From the sequence record SRR20825010_130: a stretch of DNA of 64,000 bases. One strand, given 5' to 3'. Below the pieces are notes generated by a model. That model had not been told where the DNA came from and did no database searches. It saw only the letters and a program-made list of their open reading frames with translations. Shown here one piece after another: positions 9,701 through 18,504 of this stretch (the stretch's first letter is position 1; the number at the start of each line of letters is the position of its first letter). A program made the translations under genes and the position numbers.

Positions 9701-10150
9701 TCCTAAAGTTCGATAATCAATACTTTTTATTTTTCCTGAATCCTTTAATAACTCTATGACCATTTCAGGCCCATAAAATGTAACGTTTTTGAAGAGTTCG
9801 TTTATGGTGAACTCTTCATTTTTCAAACCTGACGCCTGCTTATCAAGTTCTACTGTGTGTATAAAATATGCATGGTCTGGCTTTTTTGTCAATACATTGA
9901 AACCAAAGTTTTTTATCTCGGTGGATAGTACTTTTTCCTTCGCCTTACATTCTACGTAAAGACTTTTTCTGTCATATTTGTGTTTAGCAATTAAATCAAT
10001 TTCTAAACCCGTGAATTGAACGTTTGGAGAAATCTCATATTTCTGAAGTTCTAAAACACTTCTTACCAATCTTTCGAAACAATTGCCTTTTTCAAGGCTC
10101 TCCATTCCTTTAGTCGACTTCTGCGGTATGACGATGATTTTGCTATTCAT
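6710..10150 (-). CDS. Restriction endonuclease-like + STAND P-loop NTPase + 3 helicase-associated (HA) repeats; candidate defence protein
   Basis: N-terminal EIDLIAK..VECKAK; Walker A GNSGWGKSS, Walker B IIIFDQFE; three C-terminal W..LGTW..RQR..L..IGF.W repeats. Confidence 0.8.
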   Translation of the reverse strand: MNSKIIVIPQKSTKGMESLEKGNCFERLVRSVLELQKYEISPNVQFTGLEIDLIAKHKYDRKSLYVECKAKEKVLSTEIKNFGFNVLTKKPDHAYFIHTVELDKQASGLKNEEFTINELFKNVTFYGPEMVIELLKDSGKIKSIDYRTLGDITQQFLIISYLGDYQVYIGQDSLAYPTYFYVFDAQSGKSIKDITKLESILAKIPEVQKLELKSTTNNIVGAEEKTNRLDDFEIVAEVQSGDDWFDYKPAHFNYFVGRDTLKSELFNFFRRIRAKETNKRAFYLKGNSGWGKSSLINAIKGTCETNYYNRRFHTVAFDCRSAITENFVAKAFQKTIQRTFESGFIESKDLDYSDIKFTSNFSLLDSDFVRSYLDYLEKSDKLLIIIFDQFEDVFRKTDIFKYFYKFLSDVSESKTNLLVGFSWKSEFYIQPDIPSYGWFQQAKEQSLEFIVPEFGVNETNGILKQLEKSVKEYSSIALSSDLKNRLIENSQGFPWLIKKLCIHIFEQIKNGQSIEDLIDDNLNIKTLFESDLSNVVQKEQKALELVANKAASGNLFDENDITEYKLSKEIKSLIDKRLIIRSGFNYNVYWDIFRDYIVSGKIPLIRRGYIFKQGAQACMDVFLSFRKSRQQSFKTLLENQDKRIGEGTLGNILIELRNFELVKKVPGKDIYMVPDKLKITETTFKHLIKQKVLEFSTYSKLTELDTKQIEISQISEILQEIFKSVSHKEKTWRTYSNNFANWLKFLDLDISHKIVEPQKGKALKNFDKEKETIFLRSNPFISFDMFNVFIESGLDVKEADKEFLRDFRILKIIELKKGIFQLTTLGKSFHALKTKDEFYKKLSTISLQLDKVKFVHDVYALSPCTSAQFMEMYPNFFGESKSIGTRTVYSTKLIAWARFNHWVKSGFPASFEKSSQEEKPKRKSKKRTRAKTISGDNGIAARRENFYKEWLKNYGLLVQYKLSNSTTDVPARTKYKDVALGTWVVRQRAIKESLSKQQVEKLDEIGFDWNPNETQWLNMYTLLKEHYEKNGSSNIPVIFPENPYLGTWCFKQRQNYRNKILKQDKIELLEKLEFIWFPQDVSFEVKLKELDAFNKELGHFKVPSTKFYQSLNNWFNAQKRHFKQGNLSQDKIDRFKDIGFDFQSNN

Positions 10151-10606
10151 TTCATTTTTTAATATTCAACTTCCCACAACTTAAATCCAGCTATAGGATA
10201 GGCAATTCAATTTTTCCCGAGTACACATTGATATATTATGCACAATCGTTTTTTGCATGAAACACAACGTTAGCTATCGATCACAAACGTGGCGTATAGC
10301 AATATATAATTGTTACAAAGTGAGCGTTAGCACCCCAATATGGTGTGCTATACGCACCTTTTAACAAGCAATAAGTTTAGTGAAATTAACTGATAGAACA
10401 GCAATATTTGTTGTCTATTTAGCATTTAAAAATCCACGAAGCTGCAGTTAGGCAACCTTATAAAACGCTAAATCCTTTGTGGTTATTCATCCGCAAATTT
10501 GCTTCTCTTAGGCGCTTACGCTCCGATAATCGTGAGCTGATTCGCAACGCTTGCGCCAGAGCTTTCTCGGGTGGGAGGTACAGTTCGAGCAAAAAAGTAG
10601 CAGCTA

Positions 10607-11728
10607 CTAAACAGCAAGCTCGTAAGTGATGTGCTTTTTCCCTGGCACTGCGCCTAATGCTTTATGAATAGCAATCATTTTATCATTGAAATCGCCTACC
10701 CAAGAGAGTTCGCCTTCTACATAATGACTTTTCATGGCGCCTTCAAAGCATTTGTAAACCAAGACGGATTCTAACCCAGTATTTTGGAATTTCGGGTGTG
10801 TACCCATCGCCCAAACCCTGAGTCTAGTGATTGTCTTTTTCCTCTTCAACATTACAAATCGCAGCTTGTTCCAAAGGTTGATTTTACCCTTAAAGTGCTT
10901 TAGGATTTGATTTACATCGGGAAGCACCAAAACGAAACTAGCGGGTTGCCCATCAACATAAGCAAACCAAATATAGTTGGGGTCGTAGAATGGCTTTACT
11001 TTCTTGAAAGTCTCTTTTACGTACTCCTTTTTAATGGGTGTGAAGTTCTCGTGATGTGCCCAAGCCGCATTATAAATTTCCATGAAATCTTCGGCACATT
11101 CATCAAACCTATTGGCATCCAGTGGCCTTAAAGTAAGGTTGGGCTTTTTTGTAATTGCATACTCTGCAATTTTCACAAAGCGCTCTGGCAAACCATCCGT
11201 TATGTTGAGGTGATTCGTCAGTTGCTCCATCTTCTTTTCGAAACCATAGGCTTCAAAAAAATCACGGTAATAAGGTGGGTTATACACCATGCCGTTCGAT
11301 GGGTGCGTAAAGCCTTCCACCAAAAGGCCCCAGAAAGAATCATTCTCGCCAAAATTAATCGGCCCTTGAATCGTATTCACCTTTCGTTCAACCAACCATT
11401 TTTTGGCGGTATCAAAAATTTTAAAGGCTATGGATTTATCATTAATGGACTCAAAAAAGCCAATACCGCCAATGCGTTGAGCACCAAAGTTAGCTTTGTT
11501 CTCATTAATAAAAGCAGCAATTCTGCCAATCAGGTTTCCCTTATCATCTTTAAAAACCCAACGCGCGGCCTCTCCATTTTGAAAGAACACGTTTTCTTTC
11601 GGGTCAAAAATATTATTGATTTCCTGATCCAAAGGGCATACCCATACCGGATCGTTTTTGTAGATAACTCTGGCCACGTCCAGAAAATCCTTCTTATCTT
11701 TTTTACTCTTAACCTCGATGATTTGCAT
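10607..11728 (-). CDS. GNAT-like acyltransferase (YghO/bacterial ceramide synthase-like family)
   Basis: GRIAAF, GFFE, GLLVEGF, YNPPYY, ELSWV..FN..M motifs. Confidence 0.65.
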   Translation of the reverse strand: MQIIEVKSKKDKKDFLDVARVIYKNDPVWVCPLDQEINNIFDPKENVFFQNGEAARWVFKDDKGNLIGRIAAFINENKANFGAQRIGGIGFFESINDKSIAFKIFDTAKKWLVERKVNTIQGPINFGENDSFWGLLVEGFTHPSNGMVYNPPYYRDFFEAYGFEKKMEQLTNHLNITDGLPERFVKIAEYAITKKPNLTLRPLDANRFDECAEDFMEIYNAAWAHHENFTPIKKEYVKETFKKVKPFYDPNYIWFAYVDGQPASFVLVLPDVNQILKHFKGKINLWNKLRFVMLKRKKTITRLRVWAMGTHPKFQNTGLESVLVYKCFEGAMKSHYVEGELSWVGDFNDKMIAIHKALGAVPGKKHITYELAV

Positions 11729-11810
11729 TGACCTAAGCTTATCCCTGATTGTTACAAAGAAATCTGTTATTTAGTTCTGGTTAAAATCTTTAAGCGTTTT
11801 TTTCAACCGC

Positions 11811-13928
11811 TCACTCTTCCATCAACTTTAGAAGAATTTCCTGAGCCGCTTTCGCAATTACTGTACCTGGACCAAAAATGGCCGCAGCTCCAGCTTCTCT
11901 CAGAAAATCGTAATCGGCAGGAGGAATTACACCACCTGCAATGACCATAATGTCTTCACGGCCTAGACGCTTTAATTCGGCAATAAGTTGTGGAATTAAG
12001 GTTTTATGTCCCGCTGCCAAACTCGAAGCGCCAATCATGTGCACATCGTTTTCGGCTGCTTGAAGTGCCGTTTCTTCTGGGGTTTGAAAAAGTGGCCCTA
12101 TGTCCACATCAAAACCCAAATCGGCAAAGCTCGTGGCAATTACTTTAGCACCACGGTCATGGCCATCTTGTCCCATCTTCGCCACCATAATTCGTGGTCT
12201 TCGACCATCCATTTCGGCAAACTTATCCGCCAGCTCTCTGGCCTTTTTAAAGTCTTCGTTGTCTTTCACTTCATTTGAATATACACCAGAAATTGATCTG
12301 ATCACAGCTTTATGTCTTCCAAAAACATTTTCTAAAGCTGTAGAAATTTCCCCTAAAGAAGCCCTCAGCCTAGCGGCATCCACCGCCAGCTCAAGCAAAT
12401 TGCCTTCGCCAGAACGAGCGGCATCTTCTAATGCCTTTAGGCTCGCTTCTACTTTTTCCGTATCTCTGTTGGCTTTCAAAACCGCCAGTCTTTCCAATTG
12501 CGATTTTCTTACCGAAGCATTATCCACTTCCAGTAAATCGAAATCTAAAGCTTCATCTACCTGATACTGGTTTACGCCTACAATAATGTCTTTTCCAGAA
12601 TCAATTCGGGCTTGTTTACGGGCAGCGGCTTCTTCTATTTTCATTTTCGGAAGGCCTTGTTCAATGGCTTTGGCCATTCCACCTAACTCTTCCACCTCTT
12701 CAATCAGTTCCCAAGCCTTTTTCACCAACTCTTCGGTAAGGTATTCCACATAATAAGAACCTCCCCATGGATCGACCACTTTAGTAATGTCGGTTTCTTG
12801 CTGAAGGTAGATTTGTGTGTTTCTGGCAATCTTGGCCGAGAAGTCGGTAGGCAGGGCAATGGCCTCATCTAAGGCATTGGTGTGCAATGATTGCGTATGA
12901 CCAAGCACGGCAGCCATGGCCTCTACACAAGTTCTTGTAACGTTGTTGAAGGGGTCTTGCTCAGTTAAACTCCAACCTGAAGTTTGGCTGTGCGTTCTTA
13001 ACGCCATTGATTTCTCGTTCTTTGGATTGAACTGCTTCACGATTTTAGCCCAAAGCAAACGACCCGCACGCATTTTAGCAATCTCCATAAAGTGGTTCAT
13101 GCCAATTCCCCAGAAAAAAGAAAGGCGTGGAGCGAAGGTATCAATATCCATCCCTGCGTTAATACCTGTGCGGATGTACTCTAAACCATCGGCTAGTGTA
13201 TAAGCCAATTCTATATGCGCTGGGGCACCTGCCTCGTGCATATGGTATCCCGAAATACTAATCGAATTAAATCGAGGCATATTTTTCGAAGTGTACTCGA
13301 AAATATCGCCAATAATTTTCATGGAAGGCAAGGGCGGATAGATATAAGTATTCCGCACCATAAATTCTTTCAGAATGTCATTTTGGATGGTTCCGCTCAA
13401 CTCCTCTTTCGCCACACCTTGTTCTTCTGCAGCTGCAATATAAAAAGCCATAATGGGCAATACCGCCCCATTCATGGTCATGGAAACCGACATTTTATCG
13501 AGCGGAATTTGGTCGAAAAGGAGCTTCATGTCCAAGATGGAATCAATTGCCACTCCTGCTTTTCCCACATCACCCACCACGCGCGGATGATCAGAATCAT
13601 AACCTCGGTGGGTTGCTAAATCAAAAGCCACAGACAAGCCTTTTTGGCCTGCGGCCAAATTTCTTCTGTAAAAAGCATTTGATTCTTCAGCCGTTGAAAA
13701 TCCGGCATATTGACGAATGGTCCATGGGCGTTGGGTGTACATTGAAGCGTATGGGCCTCGCAAGTAAGGAGGGGTTCCTGCCTCGAATTTTAAGTGCTCG
13801 GCATCTTTAATTTCGGAAAAAGAAACGCTTGAAGGCACCTCAATTCCTTCTGCTGTTTTCCAGTTTTCAGCAGCCTTAGTTTGGGTACTTTCAGCCGAGA
13901 TGTTGAGTGGTTTTAGTGTCGGTCTCAT
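11811..13928 (-). CDS. scpA: Methylmalonyl-CoA mutase large subunit
   Basis: [18 protein letters not shown]12-binding GQDGHDRG motif. Confidence 0.97.
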   Translation of the reverse strand: MRPTLKPLNISAESTQTKAAENWKTAEGIEVPSSVSFSEIKDAEHLKFEAGTPPYLRGPYASMYTQRPWTIRQYAGFSTAEESNAFYRRNLAAGQKGLSVAFDLATHRGYDSDHPRVVGDVGKAGVAIDSILDMKLLFDQIPLDKMSVSMTMNGAVLPIMAFYIAAAEEQGVAKEELSGTIQNDILKEFMVRNTYIYPPLPSMKIIGDIFEYTSKNMPRFNSISISGYHMHEAGAPAHIELAYTLADGLEYIRTGINAGMDIDTFAPRLSFFWGIGMNHFMEIAKMRAGRLLWAKIVKQFNPKNEKSMALRTHSQTSGWSLTEQDPFNNVTRTCVEAMAAVLGHTQSLHTNALDEAIALPTDFSAKIARNTQIYLQQETDITKVVDPWGGSYYVEYLTEELVKKAWELIEEVEELGGMAKAIEQGLPKMKIEEAAARKQARIDSGKDIIVGVNQYQVDEALDFDLLEVDNASVRKSQLERLAVLKANRDTEKVEASLKALEDAARSGEGNLLELAVDAARLRASLGEISTALENVFGRHKAVIRSISGVYSNEVKDNEDFKKARELADKFAEMDGRRPRIMVAKMGQDGHDRGAKVIATSFADLGFDVDIGPLFQTPEETALQAAENDVHMIGASSLAAGHKTLIPQLIAELKRLGREDIMVIAGGVIPPADYDFLREAGAAAIFGPGTVIAKAAQEILLKLMEE

Positions 13929-13937
13929 AATTTCGGA

Positions 13938-15074
13938 TTAAAGGGCTAAAGCGTTAATGTCTGTTTCAGAAAGGTTTTTCAACCCTCCTCTTTCTTCAAT
14001 TTGTTGGAGAATGACCCAACTTTTCTCTACCAATTGAGCAGTTAATGATTCTATATAATAAGAGCCAGCAGATGGGTCGAGGGTTTTGTCCAAATACGAT
14101 TCGTCTTTAAGAATGGTAGAAATGTTTCTTGCAATGCGTTCGCCTTGGGCAGGGTTTTTCGGAAACAAATGATGGAAAGGTTGAACGATCACCGCATCAG
14201 TACCTCCCATAATGGCAGTCATGGCTTCCGTGGTTGCTCGCAATAAATAATTGTAATCATCTTTAGTGGGCTCATTCCACTGTCCAGAGCTTGAAGAAAT
14301 TTGAATGTCGTTCAGTGCTAGTTCAAAGCCATATGAATTGGCCAGCTGCGCGACCAGAACCCTTAAAGCACGGTGACGGGCAATTTCTAAAAAGTAAGAT
14401 TCGCCAACATTCAGGTTAAACTGCAATTGCTTAAACCAAGTTTGAACCTCTTCAGTTGTAGTGGTATTGGCATCAACAACATCGATAGTTTTTGCAAGAA
14501 GAACAGCCAAGCCTAGACTTGCATTTTCATTTTTTTCTTCTGAAACGAAAAACCTGAAATTGGGCAGTTTATTTAAGAAAGGTATCTCTTTGGAACTGAT
14601 AAAGCCTCTGACTTCATTTTCATCAATACTGTTTGCTTTTACATAAGCTTCAAATGCACCCATCAACGACTGAGCTCCATTTTCTATTTCCAATCCAATA
14701 TGGCAGTAATTGAGCAGCACATCGTTGAGCAGCAGATTGAAGTTCGGAACTGATTTTAATTGAAAGAAGATTCCAGTAGCACCACTGTTTAGGGCCAAAA
14801 GTGCCTTTTCGTTGGCTTCTTTTTCTGTCTCCACCGCAATCACTTGGTAGTTAACCCAATTTCTGACGCCCAAAGCTTCGGCCTGTTGATTAGGGATTTG
14901 CAATTGAGGCAAAAAACTCGGTAAATCTTCTTCAGTATAAAAAGGTTTCCCCTCCACACCAGCAATTTTCCAATTGAGTTCTTCAATGGGTTTTCCCTTT
15001 AGTTCTTTAATGATTTGGTTCTGCCAAGCCTTGGATTCTGGCTTTTTAAAGTCATCGAAAAGTCTTTGCTCCAT
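13938..15074 (-). CDS. Methylmalonyl-CoA mutase small subunit
   Basis: YLLRATTEAMTAIMGG, RIARN, DPSAGSYYIE; upstream of the large subunit. Confidence 0.85.
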   Translation of the reverse strand: MEQRLFDDFKKPESKAWQNQIIKELKGKPIEELNWKIAGVEGKPFYTEEDLPSFLPQLQIPNQQAEALGVRNWVNYQVIAVETEKEANEKALLALNSGATGIFFQLKSVPNFNLLLNDVLLNYCHIGLEIENGAQSLMGAFEAYVKANSIDENEVRGFISSKEIPFLNKLPNFRFFVSEEKNENASLGLAVLLAKTIDVVDANTTTTEEVQTWFKQLQFNLNVGESYFLEIARHRALRVLVAQLANSYGFELALNDIQISSSSGQWNEPTKDDYNYLLRATTEAMTAIMGGTDAVIVQPFHHLFPKNPAQGERIARNISTILKDESYLDKTLDPSAGSYYIESLTAQLVEKSWVILQQIEERGGLKNLSETDINALAL

Positions 15075-15340
15075 ACTCCTTCAGTTTATGACACGAAAAT
15101 AAGGGATTTCAAATCGCCATGCTGATTTAAAGTGAAATTCGACCTTATAAACTGGATTTTTCAACCGATATGTGCCATTCAACAGGTAATGAGGCACATA
15201 GCTGACACCCCCCGTTTTAAGGGCCAAATTATTTTCACCTCTCTTATGAATTCGCCTTTCATGTTCGTCTTATTTTTATCATTTTTGTCGTCCCCCAAAA
15301 ATCACTTGGGGATTTTTTATCCAGTTTGCATAATCAATTG

Positions 15341-16756
15341 ATGGTGAAAGATTGCGTATCGGTTTGGGAAGACTGTCTCCGATTTATTAGGAGTCAGGTG
15401 GGCGACCAAAGTTTTAAAACTTGGTTTGAGCCTATCTTCCCGCTTAAACTGAATGAAGGCATTCTCACCATTCAGGTACCTAGCCAGTTTTTCTACGAGT
15501 ATTTAGAAGAACACTATGTGCAGCTGCTACGGCAGGTGATTCATACTGAACTTGGTCCACAGGGTCGACTTGAATATTCTGTCATTGTGGACAGTGGTAG
15601 TGCTCAGAATCAAGCTTATTCTGTTACGCTTCCAAACCAAACACCAAAGAATAAATGGGAGCAAGATAAGCCGGCAAAAATTCATAGCCCCTTTGATATG
15701 CCTTCTGTAGAGGAAGAGTTTAGACACTCTAACCTCAACCCAAATTACGATTTCGAAAATTATATTGAGGGAGACTGTAACCGTTTGGCGAGATCTGCTG
15801 GTATTGCCGTAGCCGAAAAACCTGGCGTTACTTCTTTTAATCCACTGATGGTATATGGCGGAGTTGGTTTGGGAAAAACCCACTTGATTCAGTCCATTGG
15901 AAATAAAATTAGAAGAGATGATAAAAAACATTTTGTGCTTTATGTGTCTTCTGAAAAATTTACTACTCAGTTTACGGATGCGATTAAGAACAACAGCATT
16001 CAGAGCTTTACCAACTTCTATTTACAAGTAGATACTTTGATTATAGATGACGTGCAGTTCTTCTCGGGTAAAGAGAAAACACAAGAAATGTTCTTCCACA
16101 TTTTCAATCATTTGCACCAAAGTGGTAAGCAAATCATTATGTCTAGCGACAGGCCGCCAAGAGATTTGAAAGGCTTGCAAGACCGATTGCTATCGAGGTT
16201 CAAATGGGGGCTTACGGCAGATTTGCAGATGCCTGATTTTGAAACCAGAATTGCCATTATCTCCAGAAAAATGGAATCGGACGGAATCTATATTCCTGAT
16301 GATGTAGTGGAGTATTTGGCCTACAGTGTTGATACAAACGTGCGTGAATTAGAGGGCGTTTTGATTTCCCTAATTGCCCATGCAACACTGAACAAAGCAG
16401 AAATTAATTTAGAACTGGCCAAGCAAACACTGAAGAACATTGTTCACGACATCGAGTCGGAAGTGGGCGTTGATTACATCCAAAAGTCGGTGGGCGAATA
16501 CTTCCAGATTAGTGTGGAAGACTTAAAGGATAAAACCCGAAAGAAAGAGATAGTAATTGCACGACAAGTAGCAATGTACCTCTGCAAAGAATATACAAAC
16601 CACTCATTAAAATCTATTGGTTACCATTTTGGTGGTCGCGATCACTCTACCGTAATTCACGCAGTGCAATCTGTCAGTGATATGATTGAGATTGACACCA
16701 AGTTCTGCCATAGCATGGACGAACTCAAGAAGAAAATGAGAATGAAATCAGTATAA
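15341..16756 (+). CDS. dnaA: Chromosomal replication initiator DnaA
   Basis: FNPLMVYGGVGLGKTHL, IDDVQF, FGGRDHSTVIHA; ATG at 15341. Confidence 0.98.
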   Translation: MVKDCVSVWEDCLRFIRSQVGDQSFKTWFEPIFPLKLNEGILTIQVPSQFFYEYLEEHYVQLLRQVIHTELGPQGRLEYSVIVDSGSAQNQAYSVTLPNQTPKNKWEQDKPAKIHSPFDMPSVEEEFRHSNLNPNYDFENYIEGDCNRLARSAGIAVAEKPGVTSFNPLMVYGGVGLGKTHLIQSIGNKIRRDDKKHFVLYVSSEKFTTQFTDAIKNNSIQSFTNFYLQVDTLIIDDVQFFSGKEKTQEMFFHIFNHLHQSGKQIIMSSDRPPRDLKGLQDRLLSRFKWGLTADLQMPDFETRIAIISRKMESDGIYIPDDVVEYLAYSVDTNVRELEGVLISLIAHATLNKAEINLELAKQTLKNIVHDIESEVGVDYIQKSVGEYFQISVEDLKDKTRKKEIVIARQVAMYLCKEYTNHSLKSIGYHFGGRDHSTVIHAVQSVSDMIEIDTKFCHSMDELKKKMRMKSV

Positions 16757-16783
16757 AAAAGGGGCTTAAAGCCCCTTTTTTAT
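16754..16783. terminator. Bidirectional terminator between dnaA and htrA
   Basis: aaaaaaggggct-taa-agcccctttttt. Confidence 0.85.
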
Positions 16784-16801
16784 TACCCCTTCAATAAATG
16801 A

Positions 16802-18286
16802 TTATTGGAACCTATACCTCAGTGTATTCTGCCTTCCTTTAGCATCGAGAATATCCAATTGAATTCTTCCTGAATAGCGCTCTAGATAATTGGCGACTGC
16901 TGTTGGATCACCTGCCCATTTTTGGTTAATGGCTACAATAATATCTCCTTCTTTAATATCACTGAGCTTTCTCATAAAACCTGTGTCCTTGTTAATTTTG
17001 GTCACCTTCACTCCATATTTTAAACCATTCTTTTCCAGTTCCAATTGGGTGAGTTTTCTCATTTCGGCACCCAGAAAATCAGAGAAATGAATGTCTTCTT
17101 CATTAAGCCCAGATTGGCTGTCCAGGATATCCGTATTCCCCAAAACGTTTTCCAAGGTTACGTAGGTTTCTGCTACTCGCTGATTTCTTCTGTACTCTAC
17201 CAACACCTTATCCCCTGGTGACATATAAGTAAGTAATTCATCAAACGTAGATTTGCTATTGATGTGTTTTCCATTCAAGCTAAGGATCACATCACCTGCC
17301 TCGATCCCCGCTCTATCGGCTGCACTTTCTCTTTTAATCGACTGAACAAAAACTCCCTTTAAATCTTTTAGGTTCTCTCGTTTTGCTAGTTCTTCATTGA
17401 TTTCGGCCACATCTGCACCAGTATATGCCTTTTGCACATACTTGTACTTTTTCAAATCCTCCACCGCTTTCACCACAATATCAGAAGGCACGGCAAAACC
17501 ATAACCTGCATATGAACCCGTTTTAGAAATAATGGAAGAGTTGATGCCTACCAATTCACCATCCGTATTAACCAAAGCTCCACCGCTATTTCCTGGGTTA
17601 ATGGCCGCATCGGTTTGGATGTAAAGTTCTAGGGGGAAGTTCTCTCTTAAAGCTGCAGTTTCACTACCAATGGCACTTACGATTCCGGCCGTTACAGTCG
17701 AAGTCAAGTTAAACGGATTGCCCACAGCCAATACCCAATCTCCTATTCTTACCTCGGAACTCTTTCCAATTTCTACTGCTGGCAAGTCTTTTGCCTCGAT
17801 TTTGAGCACTGCCAAATCAAGGTTAGGGTCAGTGCCTACCAAAGTCGCTCGGTAGGTTCTTTTTTCGTGCATTACCTCAATTTCATCAGCCCCTTTAATT
17901 ACGTGATTGTTTGTAATGATATACCCATCTTTTGAGTAGATCACACCGGAACCCGATCCAATGGCCACCTCAGAACCAACCCCTTCACGCCCATAGATGT
18001 AATCATAGAAGGACATGCTTCTTCTGTTGCGCTGTAAGTTCTTAATGTAGACCACACTACGAATCGATTTATCGGCAGCCGTTCTAAAATCTGCTGGCGC
18101 CTCAAATGGTCGACTCGTCATTTCTTCATTTGACCGATCATCGGTATAACTCGCCTGCCTGAAATTAGCGGGTACCTCTCTAATAATTTCATTTACTTGA
18201 GCTGGGCTCAAGTATTGTTGGAAAACAAAGGCTCCGGCCAGTCCGGCCACAAAAGCCAGAAGAATCATCTTTGCTGCGCTTTTCAT
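16802..18286 (-). CDS. HtrA/DegQ family serine protease with PDZ domains
   Basis: TNNHV, DLAVLK, QTDAAINPGNSGG. Confidence 0.93.
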   Translation of the reverse strand: MKSAAKMILLAFVAGLAGAFVFQQYLSPAQVNEIIREVPANFRQASYTDDRSNEEMTSRPFEAPADFRTAADKSIRSVVYIKNLQRNRRSMSFYDYIYGREGVGSEVAIGSGSGVIYSKDGYIITNNHVIKGADEIEVMHEKRTYRATLVGTDPNLDLAVLKIEAKDLPAVEIGKSSEVRIGDWVLAVGNPFNLTSTVTAGIVSAIGSETAALRENFPLELYIQTDAAINPGNSGGALVNTDGELVGINSSIISKTGSYAGYGFAVPSDIVVKAVEDLKKYKYVQKAYTGADVAEINEELAKRENLKDLKGVFVQSIKRESAADRAGIEAGDVILSLNGKHINSKSTFDELLTYMSPGDKVLVEYRRNQRVAETYVTLENVLGNTDILDSQSGLNEEDIHFSDFLGAEMRKLTQLELEKNGLKYGVKVTKINKDTGFMRKLSDIKEGDIIVAINQKWAGDPTAVANYLERYSGRIQLDILDAKGRQNTLRYRFQ

Positions 18287-18504
18287 ATCTGTATCCTAAA
18301 TATTTATTTTATCTAAATTCGAAAAATGTAAGAGAGCAGAATGTAATTCAGGCTGAATTCTCTTTACACTATTCAAACATACGTAACACAGATATTGTTG
18401 GTAATCTGTCCATTGTTAATTAAGGTTAAAAGCCATTACCGATTCTATTGAGATTATTAGATTTCGGTGTTTTCAGCATTTCAAAAAACATATCTTTGCC
18501 TCTT

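Larger units (their letters stand above)
5540..10360 (-). mobile_element. Integron-like gene-cassette array without integrase (CALIN-like)
   Basis: Two single-gene cassettes, each bounded by complementary GTT/AAC cores plus attC-like hairpins; AT-rich; inserted between convergent core genes. Confidence 0.75.

Noticed and set aside
5540-10360. CRISPR array or IS/transposon explanation for the repeats
   Set aside because: No identical direct repeats with regular spacers, no transposase and no terminal inverted repeats with target duplication; the sites are gene-spaced, dissimilar hairpins
10360-10606. Integron integrase beside the array
   Set aside because: No ORF or tyrosine-recombinase motif here or elsewhere in the window
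15075-15340. oriC next to dnaA
   Set aside because: No cluster of TTATCCACA-type DnaA boxes seen on either side, and dnaN is not adjacent
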